Made by a program: the position numbers and the translations under genes. Below are positions 9,805 to 22,483 of a stretch of 64,000 nt of DNA, in pieces; the first letter of the stretch is position 1; each line of letters starts with the position of its first letter. The stretch is from an uncultured Candidatus Rokubacteria bacterium (GTDB lineage: Bacteria; Methylomirabilota; Methylomirabilia; Rokubacteriales; DASRDR01). The DNA is taken from assembly GCA_963805625.1 (NCBI GenBank), contig CAWDVE010000010.1, positions 1,728,001 through 1,792,000 on the forward strand, written 5' to 3'. The notes below the pieces were generated by a model. That model searched no databases, was not told the origin of the DNA, and was given only the letters and a program-made list of their open reading frames with translations.

Positions 9805-10743
9805 CTAGCCCGGCGAGGCGCGGTGGCGACGGTGCGTTAGCTCGAACGCGCCCAACATGAGACTGCCAAAAACGAATGGAATCAGGAAATACATCGTGCG
9901 GAACGCGATCAGGGCGCCGATCACGTTGGCGCCCGGCACGAGCGACAGGATCACGGCCTCAATCACCCCGAGCCCGCCCGGCACGTGGCTCACGATCGCC
10001 ACAGTGTTGGCAATCACGTAGACTGCCGCCACCAGTAGGAAGCCGATCTCGGTCGAGGCCGAAAGCATCTGGTGCAGGACCGCCGAGACCAAGAGGAGGT
10101 CGCAGGTCCCGACCAGGATCTGACCGATGGCGAGCGTGAGCGGTGGCAAGTGCAGGGTGAAGTTCCGGATGTAGATCGTCCGGCGCACGACAATCGTGAA
10201 GGCCAGATAGGCTGCCGGAAGGACTAGGAGCACGACGCCTGCGGCAATCACCAGGCCGGAATCCACACCAAACATGTGCGCGACTAGCGGTGACTGCGTC
10301 AGGGCCGCGATGCCGCCGAGGGTAGCCAGACCGAGCAGCACGGTCGCGCCGCAGAACAGGATGATCCGGCCGACATCGCCGGCCGACAAGCCCCAGGCGG
10401 TGTAGAAACGGTAGCGCACGGCGCCACTACTGAATGCGGCCAGGCCCAGGGTATGGCCAATCGACAGGCTGATCAGCGAGGCGAGCGCGATCCTGCGATA
10501 TGCGAGGTCCCTCTTGGTGTAGCGGATTGCTAGCGTGTCGGCGGCGGTGAGGCACAGGTAGCTGCCTGCGGTGAAGGCCGCGCCGAGCGTCAGATGGGTC
10601 GAGGAAATCGCGCCCAGCGATTGGACAATCTCCTCTAGGCTGTGGCGTCTCAGTGCGCGAGACACCAGGAATGCGGCCAGCCCGAACACAGTCACGCCGA
10701 TCCAGGGAGATAAGCGCTTCAGCCGGGATGATGTCTCACTCAT
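9805..10743 (-). CDS. Lysylphosphatidylglycerol synthase TM-domain (MprF flippase-like) membrane protein
   Basis: Multiple TM helices; SSGAVRYRFY and SHVPGGLGVIEA motifs. Confidence 0.85.
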   Translation of the reverse strand: MSETSSRLKRLSPWIGVTVFGLAAFLVSRALRRHSLEEIVQSLGAISSTHLTLGAAFTAGSYLCLTAADTLAIRYTKRDLAYRRIALASLISLSIGHTLGLAAFSSGAVRYRFYTAWGLSAGDVGRIILFCGATVLLGLATLGGIAALTQSPLVAHMFGVDSGLVIAAGVVLLVLPAAYLAFTIVVRRTIYIRNFTLHLPPLTLAIGQILVGTCDLLLVSAVLHQMLSASTEIGFLLVAAVYVIANTVAIVSHVPGGLGVIEAVILSLVPGANVIGALIAFRTMYFLIPFVFGSLMLGAFELTHRRHRASPG

Positions 10744-10877
10744 TTACCGACAAAGGTCATCCAGCGAGATCGCGGGGCTGAAAGTGCAAGAAGGGTACCA
10801 GCGGTACGCGGGAGAGATTGGCAGTTCGAACGAGGCTGGAAATTGCCAGACATCAGTTGGGACGAATAAATGAAACG

Positions 10878-10990
10878 GGTTCATCCGGTAGTCCGCCACA
10901 GTGGAAGTAGATTGGCAGTTGAAGACTCCAGGTTGCGGAAGCCGTAGGCCATTTTCCTTGATGGTCTGGATCTTGGAGTTGAAACTCGTC
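10878..10990 (-). mobile_element. ISL3-family transposase C-terminal remnant with probable terminal IR
   Basis: Across frameshifts the minus strand reads FNSKIQTIK/MAYGFRNL/IYFHCGG, followed by the end sequence GGTTCATCCGG. Confidence 0.7.
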
Positions 10991-11476
10991 CTTCAGCGAT
11001 TGTGCCGTCAGATTCATCACCAATTCGCCTGCGCTACTACTCCGACGCCTAAGGTAGGGCTTTCCGGGGTTTCGATCGGATCAAGGCCTCGACCGGGAGC
11101 ATTCCCCTTTGGACTGCGACATCCCGTCGGCCTTGCGACCGAATGTCTCGACCGACGAGTGAAAGGGCTCGCCAATTGCTCCTCACTCTGGCACCGGTCG
11201 TGCGCTTCCTCGGGTGAGGTGACGAGGCGCGTCTTGGTGAAAACGGACGCGTCGACACGGGCGGCCATTCGTGCGCCGTCGGACGCGCGCTCCGAGGCGG
11301 CGCTCTTCGTGACATGCAGGTTCTCGTCGCCGGACGGGCGTTCCGCTCGAGCGAGCGACACCAATGTCAAGCCGGCGGGCAAGACGTCTGACGCGAGGAT
11401 GACGTCCTGGTTGAGGATTCTCAGCGGGCGGGCATGCGAATCCCCGCCACAGCGGATGAACGCGTTGCGGGCCCGC

Positions 11477-11887
11477 TTATCGGTAATGATCAGACTCGCC
11501 GAGCCCGATCCTCACCTCCTGGCCGAATCTGAAGAGCGATCCACCCAGCAGACCAACTGCTATCACGAAAAGAAGGCCGGCTCCGTATTCCTGCTGCAGC
11601 CGGAGGAACGCGCCCGCGAGCAACGTCGTGCACATCCCGCTGGCAAGTGCCAAGTGTGTAAAATTGTTCAAGAGTTTGGCCCGCGGCGGCATGCGCGGAA
11701 TATCAGACTTGAGGTGGGCCCGCGTGGTATCGTCGTCCGCGATCTCATTCAGGGTGCGGATGCGGTCGAGGACAGTCGTCATCCGTCCCAGCAGGATCGA
11801 AGTGAATCCGGCCACCGCACCGAACGAAGGCCGGTGCCATCGCCTGCGACATCGCCGCGAGAGCTGACCTGCGTCCGGAAGGTCCAT
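11477..11887 (-). pseudogene. DUF2721-like membrane protein, apparently degenerate
   Basis: GAVAGFTSILLGRMTTVLDRIR...F.QEVRIG pattern; N-terminus looks frameshifted. Confidence 0.55.
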
Positions 11888-12004
11888 GCGCGCGCTACCG
11901 CCGTCCGGAGAGTGGTGACTATGCCCGTGTGTGATTGCCGGGCGCGAGCCCCCCGCGGTGTGTGAGCCGTGTCGGATAAGAGCAGGCGGGCACGGTCTAT
12001 TCCT

Positions 12005-12403
12005 CTATGCGTTCGTCTCCGTGTCGCTGGTTGCGGCCCGAATCAAGAGGGCCGTCAGGATCAGGTGCAGGACGACTGCCGGCCACAGCAGTGGGCCAGT
12101 CAAGCCACCCGCGAAGCCCACGTAGGCGAGACACAGCGTGACGGCCGCGCTGTAGGTCAACATGCCGACCAGCGGCGGGCCCGGCCAGCAGGCGACCCCT
12201 AATGCGATCAGGGCGATGCCGGTCACACGCGCCACGGTGATCGCCATGCCGGTCAGTTCTGAGCCGAACAGCACTTGCCCGACCAGCGACGGGGCGATCA
12301 GCAACGCCACCCCGGTCGCGGCTTCACTGACCGCCGCGAGAACCAGCACCTTCTTCAGCGCGTCGATCTCTCGTCCTTTCGCGCTCGCGATCCCGGTGCG
12401 CAA
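12005..12403 (-). CDS. Hypothetical 4-TM membrane protein (start uncertain)
   Basis: EAATGVALLIAPSLVGQVLFG; directly downstream of the arylsulfatase. Confidence 0.7.
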   Translation of the reverse strand: MRTGIASAKGREIDALKKVLVLAAVSEAATGVALLIAPSLVGQVLFGSELTGMAITVARVTGIALIALGVACWPGPPLVGMLTYSAAVTLCLAYVGFAGGLTGPLLWPAVVLHLILTALLIRAATSDTETNA

Positions 12404-12416
12404 TGGCTGAACGCGG

Positions 12417-14879
12417 CTAGGGCTTCGGTGGTTCGAGCTTGAAGGTCAGCTTGTTGATCTTGCCGGTGAACTTGAACGGCGCCTCGTAGCGATACTCAAG
12501 CAGCGCGACGCCGGTGCGCGTGTCCTGGCCGACGTCGAAGGTTTCGTCCTCCGGGAACGTGACCGGGATGGTGTGTTCCATGGAATTCCTGGCCACTTCC
12601 CGACCGTCCACGGAGAGCACGCCCGTCCCCCCCTTGCCCAAACCCGGACCATCGGACTTGAAGTCGAAGACGATGGTGTGCTTGCCGGCCTTCAACTCAG
12701 GCCCCTCCCATGTGGTGCGCTTGAGATCGAGCAGGTTGTAGAGGAACACCGGCCTGCCCCCGCCGATGCCCAGTTCGCCCTTGCTCAGGAACAGGCCATA
12801 GCCGCCGAAGCGCCCGCCCTCGGTGACGATCATGCCTTCCCCGCCGCCTTCGGGGATCTCGACCTCGGCCGTGATGGTGTAGGACTTGTTGAGGATGCTC
12901 GGCGCCGCGCTGGCCGGCGTGCCGGCCAGCTCGCCCGAATACGTGAACACCGTTCGTCCCGCCGTGAGGTTCGGGCGCGGCGTATTCCACCGCGCGAGCG
13001 TCGAATTGTCGAGCGGCAGCACGTTGTACTTCTTCGCCTCGGCGTAGAAGAGAGCCTGCATCTGCTTGAGTTTCGTCGGCATCTTGGCCGCCAGGTCGTT
13101 GAATTGGGTGGGGTCGTCCTTCACGTTGTACAGCTCCCAGCTGTACCCGGTGATCACATCCGGGGGCGTCTTGGTGCTCAGCTCCCACGGGAGCGTCGCG
13201 GGCGTCGTGGCCGCGACCCAGCCGTCGTGATAGATGGCGCGATTGCCGAGCATCTCGAAGTACTGCGTCTTGCGCCGAGACGGGGCGTTGGCACTCGGCT
13301 TGTCCCACGTGTACGTCATGCTCACGCCTTCGATGGGGTGCTGCTTGATGCCGTTGATCGTATCGGGCGCCGGGATGCCGGCCGCCTGGAGGATGGTCGG
13401 CACAACGTCGATGACGTGATGGAATTGGCGGCGGATGCCGCCCACGTCCTTGACGTGGCCGGGCCAGGACATGGCCACACCCTGGGCCGTTCCGCCGAAG
13501 TGCGAGGGCACCTGCTTCACCCACTTGAACGGCGTGCCCATCGCCCACGCCCAGCCCGCCGCGAAGTGCGGGAAGGTCCGCTCGGACCCCCAGAATTCGT
13601 ACCAGAGGAACTGGTCCTTGACCGGCACGGCCACGCCATTGAAGGTGGTGAACTCGTTCGGGGTGCCGTTGATCATGCCTTCGGCACTCGCGCCGTTGTC
13701 GCCACCGATGTAGATGATCAGGGTGTTGTCGAGCTCGCCGAGGTCTTCGACGGCCTGGATGACCCGTCCGATCTCATGGTCGGCGTAGGCCAGGTAGGCC
13801 CCATAGACGTCCGCTTGCTTGACGAAGAGCTTCTTCTCCTCCCAGCTGAGCGAATCCCATTCCGGCAGTCCCTTCGGCCACGGGGTCAGCTGGGCGTTCG
13901 GCGGCATGATGCCCAGCCGCTTCTGGTTGGCGAAGATGGTCTCGCGCACCTTGTTCCAGCCCTCGTCGAAGAGATGCATATCGCTGATCTTCGTGACCCA
14001 CTCGGGCGTGGGGTGATGCGGCGCATGGGTGGCGCCCGGCACGTAATAGACGAGCCACGGCTTGCCGGGCGCGATCTCCTTGAGTTGCTTCATGTACTGG
14101 ATGGCCTCATCGGCCATCGCCGTCTCCAAGTTCCAGCTGGGATTGCCCTGGAAGGGGTAGATGGCCGTCGTATTGCGGTACAGGTTCGGTTGCCACTGGC
14201 TGGCGTCGCCGCCGACGAAGCCATAGAAGTACTCGAAACCCATGCCGTTCGGCCATTGACTGAACGGCCCGGCCTGGCTCGACTGATACGAGGGCGTGTT
14301 GTGGTTCTTGCCGAACCACGACGTGGCGTATCCGTTCTCCTTCAGGATGGTGCCCACGGTGCCCTTCTCAATCGGGATGATCGAGTCGTAGCCCGGGAAC
14401 CCCGTCGCGATCTCGCCGACCACCCCGGAGCCCACCGAGTGATGGTTGCGGCCCGTGATCAGCGCCGCCCGCGTCGGTGAGCACAGTGACGTCGAATGGA
14501 AGTTCGTGTAGCGCAGTCCATCCCGTGCGATGCGGTCCATGGCCGGAGTGGGGATGACGCCGCCGAAGGTGCTTGGCGCACCGAAACCTTGGTCATCCGT
14601 CATGATGAGCAGCACGTTGGGGGCGCCCTTCGGCGGCACGACGCGAGGCGCCCACCACGCTTTCGACTCCGAGGCCTTTTGCTTGATCACCCCGCCGAAC
14701 TTCGGAGCGGGCGGCGGAAGCTGTTTTCCGTGGATTGTGGTGGTGGCGCTGGGCGCACCCAGCTCACCGGTTACGTGCTGTGCGATGCCGGATGAGGGAT
14801 GGAATGCAAAGGCGACACCTGACACCGCGATGGCGACGACCTGCTTGACAGCCTTCATACGCTGCTTGACAGCCTTCAT
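12417..14879 (-). CDS. Arylsulfatase (Cys-type formylglycine sulfatase), exported
   Basis: PNVLLIMTDD, CSPTRAALITGR (CxPxR), GKNH, HAPHH, GDNG; beta-sandwich C-terminal extension. Confidence 0.95.
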   Translation of the reverse strand: MKAVKQRMKAVKQVVAIAVSGVAFAFHPSSGIAQHVTGELGAPSATTTIHGKQLPPPAPKFGGVIKQKASESKAWWAPRVVPPKGAPNVLLIMTDDQGFGAPSTFGGVIPTPAMDRIARDGLRYTNFHSTSLCSPTRAALITGRNHHSVGSGVVGEIATGFPGYDSIIPIEKGTVGTILKENGYATSWFGKNHNTPSYQSSQAGPFSQWPNGMGFEYFYGFVGGDASQWQPNLYRNTTAIYPFQGNPSWNLETAMADEAIQYMKQLKEIAPGKPWLVYYVPGATHAPHHPTPEWVTKISDMHLFDEGWNKVRETIFANQKRLGIMPPNAQLTPWPKGLPEWDSLSWEEKKLFVKQADVYGAYLAYADHEIGRVIQAVEDLGELDNTLIIYIGGDNGASAEGMINGTPNEFTTFNGVAVPVKDQFLWYEFWGSERTFPHFAAGWAWAMGTPFKWVKQVPSHFGGTAQGVAMSWPGHVKDVGGIRRQFHHVIDVVPTILQAAGIPAPDTINGIKQHPIEGVSMTYTWDKPSANAPSRRKTQYFEMLGNRAIYHDGWVAATTPATLPWELSTKTPPDVITGYSWELYNVKDDPTQFNDLAAKMPTKLKQMQALFYAEAKKYNVLPLDNSTLARWNTPRPNLTAGRTVFTYSGELAGTPASAAPSILNKSYTITAEVEIPEGGGEGMIVTEGGRFGGYGLFLSKGELGIGGGRPVFLYNLLDLKRTTWEGPELKAGKHTIVFDFKSDGPGLGKGGTGVLSVDGREVARNSMEHTIPVTFPEDETFDVGQDTRTGVALLEYRYEAPFKFTGKINKLTFKLEPPKP

Positions 14880-14882
14880 ACG
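14841..14882. repeat. Perfect 21-bp tandem duplication spanning the sulfatase start codon
   Basis: CTGCTTGACAGCCTTCATACG x2, giving MKAVKQR-MKAVKQV. Confidence 0.95.
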
Positions 14883-15049
14883 CGGCCCCTCCTTGTGGTG
14901 TTGTCGACCGCGACATTCGCAGGCCGCGACCCCGGTGGCCCCTGCATTTGGCTGGCGACGCTGCTATCACAGGCCGTAGACTGCTTCAGCAATTAGGCAG
15001 ACCGGACACTCTACGTGATCGCTGCGGTCGCCGGACCCGTCTCACTGCG

Positions 15050-15820
15050 TCATTCCACGATCTGATCCAGGAGTTTCTGGGACTCGGCCTGGTACTGGCT
15101 CTGGGTGATCAGCCCCTGCTTGAGCAGGCCCTTGAGCTCCTTGAGCTTCGCCACGGCGGCGGCCTGGCTCGTGGTCGCGCCCGCAGGCGCCGTGACCGTC
15201 ACGTTCACTGCGGGGGGCGGCTGGGGGGCCGTGTAGACGGGAGCAGCCGGTGCGGGAGGCGGGGGCGGGTGATAGGCGTGGGCCGCTGCACTCGCGCTCC
15301 CCATCGCCGCGCCGGCGGCGAACATTCTCCACCGCCCGAGGATGTCGATGAACAGCGACGACTCGCGGAAAGCGGACGGGAGAGAACCCTTCAGGACCTT
15401 GACCTGGTAGGACAGCGTGTTCTTCCTGAGCTTTGGCTCCGTCAGCTCGACCACCGCACTGTTCACGCCCTTGTCACCGAAGATGGAAAGCGTCCCATTC
15501 GGGGGATTCTCGGCAAAGTTGTCCGATCCCTTGTCCCAGTGACTGATGAACTCTGACGTGGTCACCTGTCCCGTCACCCGGTACGGCCGGTCCGAGAAGA
15601 AGATGGTGGGCCCTACCCCCACCAGCGTCAATCGCTTGCCGTCATAGGTACCGGACGTTCCATTCTGCACGAAGAGCAGCTCGACCGTCTCGGACGTCTG
15701 GCCCGTCTGGGGCTTCGGCTGGGCATCGACGCGGCCGATGCCGACAACGCCCAGGGCGAAGACCCCGAGGCTCAGGACCCCCACGGCGAGCAGGGACACC
15801 AGGCGAGGGTGGGTTTTCAT
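15050..15820 (-). CDS. Exported hypothetical protein (FSDRP/PPN family) with Pro-rich linker and C-terminal SHOCT-like domain
   Basis: Signal peptide; LLFVQ..FFSDRP..NPPNG..SLFID; KLKELKGLLKQGLITQSQYQ. Confidence 0.8.
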   Translation of the reverse strand: MKTHPRLVSLLAVGVLSLGVFALGVVGIGRVDAQPKPQTGQTSETVELLFVQNGTSGTYDGKRLTLVGVGPTIFFSDRPYRVTGQVTTSEFISHWDKGSDNFAENPPNGTLSIFGDKGVNSAVVELTEPKLRKNTLSYQVKVLKGSLPSAFRESSLFIDILGRWRMFAAGAAMGSASAAAHAYHPPPPPAPAAPVYTAPQPPPAVNVTVTAPAGATTSQAAAVAKLKELKGLLKQGLITQSQYQAESQKLLDQIVE

Positions 15821-15849
15821 CTGTCGATCTCCTTGCAGTACCGGAAGGG

Positions 15850-16060
15850 TTCACTCCCGCGTTGCGGTAGACCAGGTCGCCCACGGGCACGGTGAGCCCG
15901 AGTGACTCGCGCGCGAAGTCCAGCACCCCTCGATCGTCCCGGGCGCAGGCTCGACCGCATAGTCTGCCATCCGCTGCAGGATCCGCGCGGCGGCCGGATC
16001 CACCGCCGGCCCCTATGCCCCGGCCGCTGCGGCGAGGGTCGCCAGCAGTGCGAGTGCGCG
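15850..16060 (-). pseudogene. DUF2092 remnant (internally deleted paralogue of 22484-23263)
   Basis: PAVDPAAARILQRMADY joined directly to EPAPGTIEGVLDFARESLGLTVPVGDLVYR. Confidence 0.8.
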
Positions 16061-16173
16061 CGATCCTGACTCTGAGCAAGCTTATCCTCCTGACTTCATC
16101 TCCGCCTGGTGCCATCGACGGACCGTCCATGATCTAGCGACCATCGCCTACCTGACGCCTCCAGCTCCACCAG

Positions 16174-16734
16174 CTAGTAGATCCCGGGGCCGCGCAGGCC
16201 CACGCCGACGCCGTGGAACCCGCGGCCCACGCCGCCGCCGACCCCGATCCAATCGATGAACAGCGACGTCTCACCGCCACTGCCGGGCATTCTGCCGCTG
16301 ATAATCTTGTAGCGGTAGACGAGGTCCGCACCGTCGACAACCGGGTTGGTGATCTTGACCACGACGAGCGTATTGTTCGCCTGTCCCGGCTCATACACAG
16401 ATAGCGCGGCGTTCGGCGGGTCTGTGCCAAAATTATCCTTGCCGGCTGCTGCTGTCCATTCCTTGAGATAGTCGGCCATCTTAAGGTGCCCGGCCAACCG
16501 CTGTGGCCGATCCGAGAAGTACAGCGTCTGCTGGCTGACCTTCACCAGCCGAAAGGTGCTCGCGGCAGGATCGACCGTGATATTCTCCGCGCTCTGCACG
16601 AACATGAGCTGCGGCGATCCGGAGGAAGCCGTCGATGTCGTGCTGCACGCCGCCAGCGACAACACGGCGGCGGCCAGAAACAGCGGCAAGCAGACCGGGC
16701 GCAGGCCCCTGTAGAGCTCACTCAAGTCTTTCAT
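16174..16734 (-). CDS. Lipoprotein, FSDRP/PPN family, Gly-rich C-terminus
   Basis: Lipobox LAAC; close paralogue of 23421-23978. Confidence 0.85.
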   Translation of the reverse strand: MKDLSELYRGLRPVCLPLFLAAAVLSLAACSTTSTASSGSPQLMFVQSAENITVDPAASTFRLVKVSQQTLYFSDRPQRLAGHLKMADYLKEWTAAAGKDNFGTDPPNAALSVYEPGQANNTLVVVKITNPVVDGADLVYRYKIISGRMPGSGGETSLFIDWIGVGGGVGRGFHGVGVGLRGPGIY

Positions 16735-16859
16735 GGACGTGCTCTCCTCTCACTGCACGGTTCAGGGGTTCCGTGGCATGCGGCCATGGCTTGTAGCAGC
16801 GCCACGGCATCGACGTTGCCCCACACGGCCGCAGAGCAGTCTCCCTGTAGGTTAGGACG

Positions 16860-16990
16860 CCTGCCCCAGTTCCACCCGTTCCCGGCCGCCACCCACCCCT
16901 CCGTCAGCTTCACGGTGGCGTCGGGCTTCTCCGCTGCTGGGGGGCCTGGGCCAGGGTCGACCCGGCCATCAATGCCACGATCCCTGCGAT
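16860..16990 (-). pseudogene. N-terminal fragment of an exported protein
   Basis: AAEKPDATVKLTEGWVAAGNGWNWG, then coding character is lost. Confidence 0.4.
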
Positions 16991-17165
16991 AGCTACCCAC
17001 GCGGTCACTCGACGCGACATATCTCGGTTCCTCGTGTGTGGCGTGAGTGGATGATGCGACTAGAAGAGAGGTCCCGCCACCCTCGTCACCTCCGTCATTC
17101 CGCTGCCACCCGCCGCTCGCGTCGTGTTGACCGGATACCTGTCTAGCGCGGCTCTTCGATTCCCG

Positions 17166-17732
17166 CTAGTTCAGCGCGTCGTCCTTGTAGTACTTGGCGC
17201 CGGTGACGCTGACGCCGGCAATGGCGCCCTCTTGCGTGAGCTGATACATCGTCACCCCGGGGGACACCACGACACCGCCCGCGGCGCCGCCGCCCTGTGT
17301 GCCGCTCTTTGCCGCGGCCATCGCGTTGGCACCGAACTCCCAGCCGGAATTCACAAAGTCGCTGAACGCGTCCCTCGTGTCGAATATGAACACGTTCCGG
17401 AAATTCTCGATGCCGAAGCCGTACCCCGGCTGCAGCTCGATCATCTTCATGAAGGTGTCCTGCTTCGTGGCGTTGTTGACCGCGATGCCCCCGCCGTGGG
17501 CCGCGCCCCCGTAGAACATCTTCATGCCGATGTCGCTGAACACCGCGTAGCCCGCGGCCCCCCGGATCCTCGACTGGGTGCCCGGGTAGCTCTGGTAGAG
17601 CTGGGCGAGCGTGTCGCTCGCCATCTGGCGAATGGCGCTCCTCTGATCCGGCGCGCTGACCTGAGGGCCTGCGGCACAGGCCTGCAGGGTCAGACCGAGC
17701 GCAGTGACGGCGACTGCGATGGGTGCTCGCAT
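17166..17732 (-). CDS. Ysc84/SYLF-domain lipoprotein
   Basis: Lipobox LQAC; AAGYAVF..GGGIAV..TFMKM..G.G.G..GWEFGANA..G.KYYKD. Confidence 0.85.
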   Translation of the reverse strand: MRAPIAVAVTALGLTLQACAAGPQVSAPDQRSAIRQMASDTLAQLYQSYPGTQSRIRGAAGYAVFSDIGMKMFYGGAAHGGGIAVNNATKQDTFMKMIELQPGYGFGIENFRNVFIFDTRDAFSDFVNSGWEFGANAMAAAKSGTQGGGAAGGVVVSPGVTMYQLTQEGAIAGVSVTGAKYYKDDALN

Positions 17733-17833
17733 TCTGCTGCTCCTTCGGGTAAGGCCCTCGTTGAAGAAAGGCCCGCTCGTCTCACCCGTCCCTCCCCGAG
17801 GCTGCCGGCGCCGGAGGAGTCGCCTCGACGGCA

Positions 17834-18091
17834 TCAGGGCTCCTCCAGACCGAGGAGGAGCCTCAGGTAGCGGGAGATGCCCGTGACCTGCGCGCCATCG
17901 ATCAAGAGACGCCTGAGCGTCGCCACCCCCTGGTCGTCGGCACTCATCAGGTAGGTCACATCGAGGAACAATGGTCCCGATGCGTCCCGACAGACTCGGT
18001 CGAGCTCCCCAACCGCGGCGCCCGCGAGGCGACCGTGGATCCGGATGACCGCTCGGCCCGGTTCCGGGCACACGTCCAACCGACAATTCAC
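17834..18091 (-). CDS. Small STAS-like protein
   Basis: IRIHGRLAG..V.EL..LFLDVTYLMSADDQGVATLRRL; GGAGGGG RBS before GTG. Confidence 0.7.
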   Translation of the reverse strand: MNCRLDVCPEPGRAVIRIHGRLAGAAVGELDRVCRDASGPLFLDVTYLMSADDQGVATLRRLLIDGAQVTGISRYLRLLLGLEEP

Positions 18092-18454
18092 AGCCCCTCC
18101 CCTGCCGGGCATCAAGCAGCGATTCGTCTAAATTCAGATCTGCCGCAGACTCCTGTGCACCCGACGTACCAGTGGCCGGAATGAGCGCGGCAGATCCCTA
18201 ACTGCGCGCAGGACCGGATGATAAGTCCAGCTGTCGCAAGTCGGACCGGGATGCGATCGGTGGTGGCCACGGCCGGCCGCCGCGACATGTCGTGGGAGAC
18301 CCTTCTTGAAGTCCCCCAGAGCTTGGGGGAGTATGCCTGACAGGTGGCCGCCGGCGCTCGACGTCCAGGGCGGGGTCATTCGTTCGGTCGAGGCGGCAAG
18401 ACCCGACTGGCCACCGCCAGGGAGGAGCGATTCTCACGCGATGGGCCGCATGGG

Positions 18455-20611
<2,157 letters not shown>

Positions 20612-20619
20612 CGCGGGTC

Positions 20620-21220
20620 CGGGGTTCCTACCCACGCGAAGCATCTCCTCCACCACCGTCGCACAGCGATCGCGCCGAGACCGGGCCGCTCTCCGCATCG
20701 TCTCCTGCCGGGCGAGGTGTGCATCGATGTTCGCCGGGTCCACCAAGACGCCGGCGTTCCGAATCATGTCGGCCACCGCGCCGCACTTGCCGCAGCCTTG
20801 TCCGAGGAACTCGCGAAGCATGACATGACCCACGGCGGGCCAGAAGTGGGCGACGTCGAGGAACAGCGAGTCCATGGCATCGAACATCCCGACTCCGGAA
20901 AAGTCCCAGTACGGTCCGGCGTCGAGGAGCCACCCCAGGTTCACCCCGATCCCGAGCGCCAGCAAGCGGCGGGCTGACGCCGCGGATGCGTCGACCGGTC
21001 CGGCTCGCCGCTGGAGCCGCGTGCCCAGCGAGAAGTTGAAGACGATGGAGAACACGATGAGAGACAGGAACCGCCAATCCCACCACGCGTAGAAAGCCAA
21101 CGACGCGACGATCAGGAACGTCAGCACGGCGCGGCGCGTCCGCCAGCGGGCCAGCACCGCGAACCCCGCGAGCACAAACGGCAGGAACACGAACACGAAG
21201 GGATAGGAGTTGAAGAGCAC
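20620..21220 (-). pseudogene. MBOAT (AlgI/DltB-like) N-terminus fused by deletion to the C-terminus of another gene
   Basis: VLFNSYPFVFVFLP..ASLAFYAWWD..GIGVNLG jumps to YWDFSG...FLDVAHFWPAVG. Confidence 0.75.
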
Positions 21221-21739
21221 GACCCCCCGTCTTCTGAACATGTGCGGACTACTGGGCATCGCCGGGCCTTCGGTCCCAGGGCCACCACGAGCCCCGACCC
21301 GTCGACGCGGATAGACGATACTCCGATCAGGACACCCGGGGCGAGGGAAGATCAAGAGGCAGGCAAGGGATCGTGGCAAGGCGTGGCACGGATAGGAAGA
21401 CGAACAGCGCCCACACGATTCGGTGAAGCCACAACGATGACCCGACGCCGAGCGCATGCGGGACCACCAAGGGGCCGTAGAGGTGGACCACGACCCGCGC
21501 GCGGAGGCACCCGGCGTTATCCTGAGCTAGCGGCGGCGGCACGAGCGCCGTGCGCCACATCGCATGCGGCCCCATCTCGCCGTGATAGCTTCGCCACGGA
21601 CGGCCCCGCGCGGGCACCAGCGACGCCAGGGGCTCGGGCAGCTCGGAGGCTCGAGCACTCCCAGGTATCGTGAGAGGTCGCGAGATGACCGGGACAGCGC
21701 AAGCCGCCGTTACACCCCTGCCATCCCGCCGTCATGCGT

Positions 21740-21880
21740 GCAATTTCATGGATCGACCGATCCTGGCGATCCTCAAGCGCGCGATCAAGCACGATCTCGG
21801 GTTCTCCGACACCCAGCTGGGCGCCCTCTCGGGCCTGGCGTTCACGCTCTTCTACACGATGCTCGGCGTCCCCCAGGCCC
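21740..21880 (+). pseudogene. MFS transporter (spinster-like) N-terminal fragment
   Basis: NFMDRPILAIL..IKHDLGFSDTQLGALSGLAFTLFYTMLGVP. Confidence 0.75.
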
Positions 21881-21966
21881 ACGCGCTGCCGTGGGCGAGG
21901 CAACAGTACTCGCGAGCGTAACCCGGCGCGCTGTGAATCGAGCCACCAATTACCTCGCCTGCCTCT

Positions 21967-22464
21967 TCACTTCGGTTGTGCCGTTACATACACCAAGGTG
22001 TTACCCTGAAACATCGCGCGATAGAAGTTGCCACCGCAGTAGTAGTACTCCACGCCGCCGACCGGTGTGCTGACGCAACCTGCGGGAAGGGCGGACACCA
22101 CGGTGCCCAGCGGCAAAGCCGTGCCGGCGGCTGCAGACGGCGGAGCGGGAGGCGCCGCGGCAGCCTGCTGCTTGGCCGCGGCGGCCTGCTGCTGGGCCGC
22201 GGCCGTCTGCTGCTGAGCTACCGCAGTCTCCTGCTTGGCCGCGGCGGCCTGCTGCTGTGCCGCGGCCGTCTGCTGCTGGGCCTGGGCCATCTTGGCCGAA
22301 TCCGCAGCCTCGACTGAGGCCCCGACTATGACCGCAGTGCGGCGCCGGACGCCGAGGATCGCATGCGCGTCGGGGACCAACTGCACGGGCAGAAGTGGTG
22401 CATCGGCCATGAGCATCAAGCCGAGGGTCGCGATTACCACGGCGATCTTGAGTATCGTCTTCAT
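21967..22464 (-). CDS. Exported protein with Gln/Ala repeat and DUF6515-like C-terminus
   Basis: Signal peptide; AQQQTAAAQQQAAAAKQ x2; VSALPAGC..GVEYYYCGGNFY. Confidence 0.75.
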   Translation of the reverse strand: MKTILKIAVVIATLGLMLMADAPLLPVQLVPDAHAILGVRRRTAVIVGASVEAADSAKMAQAQQQTAAAQQQAAAAKQETAVAQQQTAAAQQQAAAAKQQAAAAPPAPPSAAAGTALPLGTVVSALPAGCVSTPVGGVEYYYCGGNFYRAMFQGNTLVYVTAQPK

Positions 22465-22483
22465 GAGTTTCCTCCGTTCGGTG

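Noticed and set aside
22165-22285. 60-bp-period DNA repeat as a non-coding element
   Set aside because: It is an in-frame coding repeat (AQQQTAAAQQQAAAAKQ) inside an exported protein.
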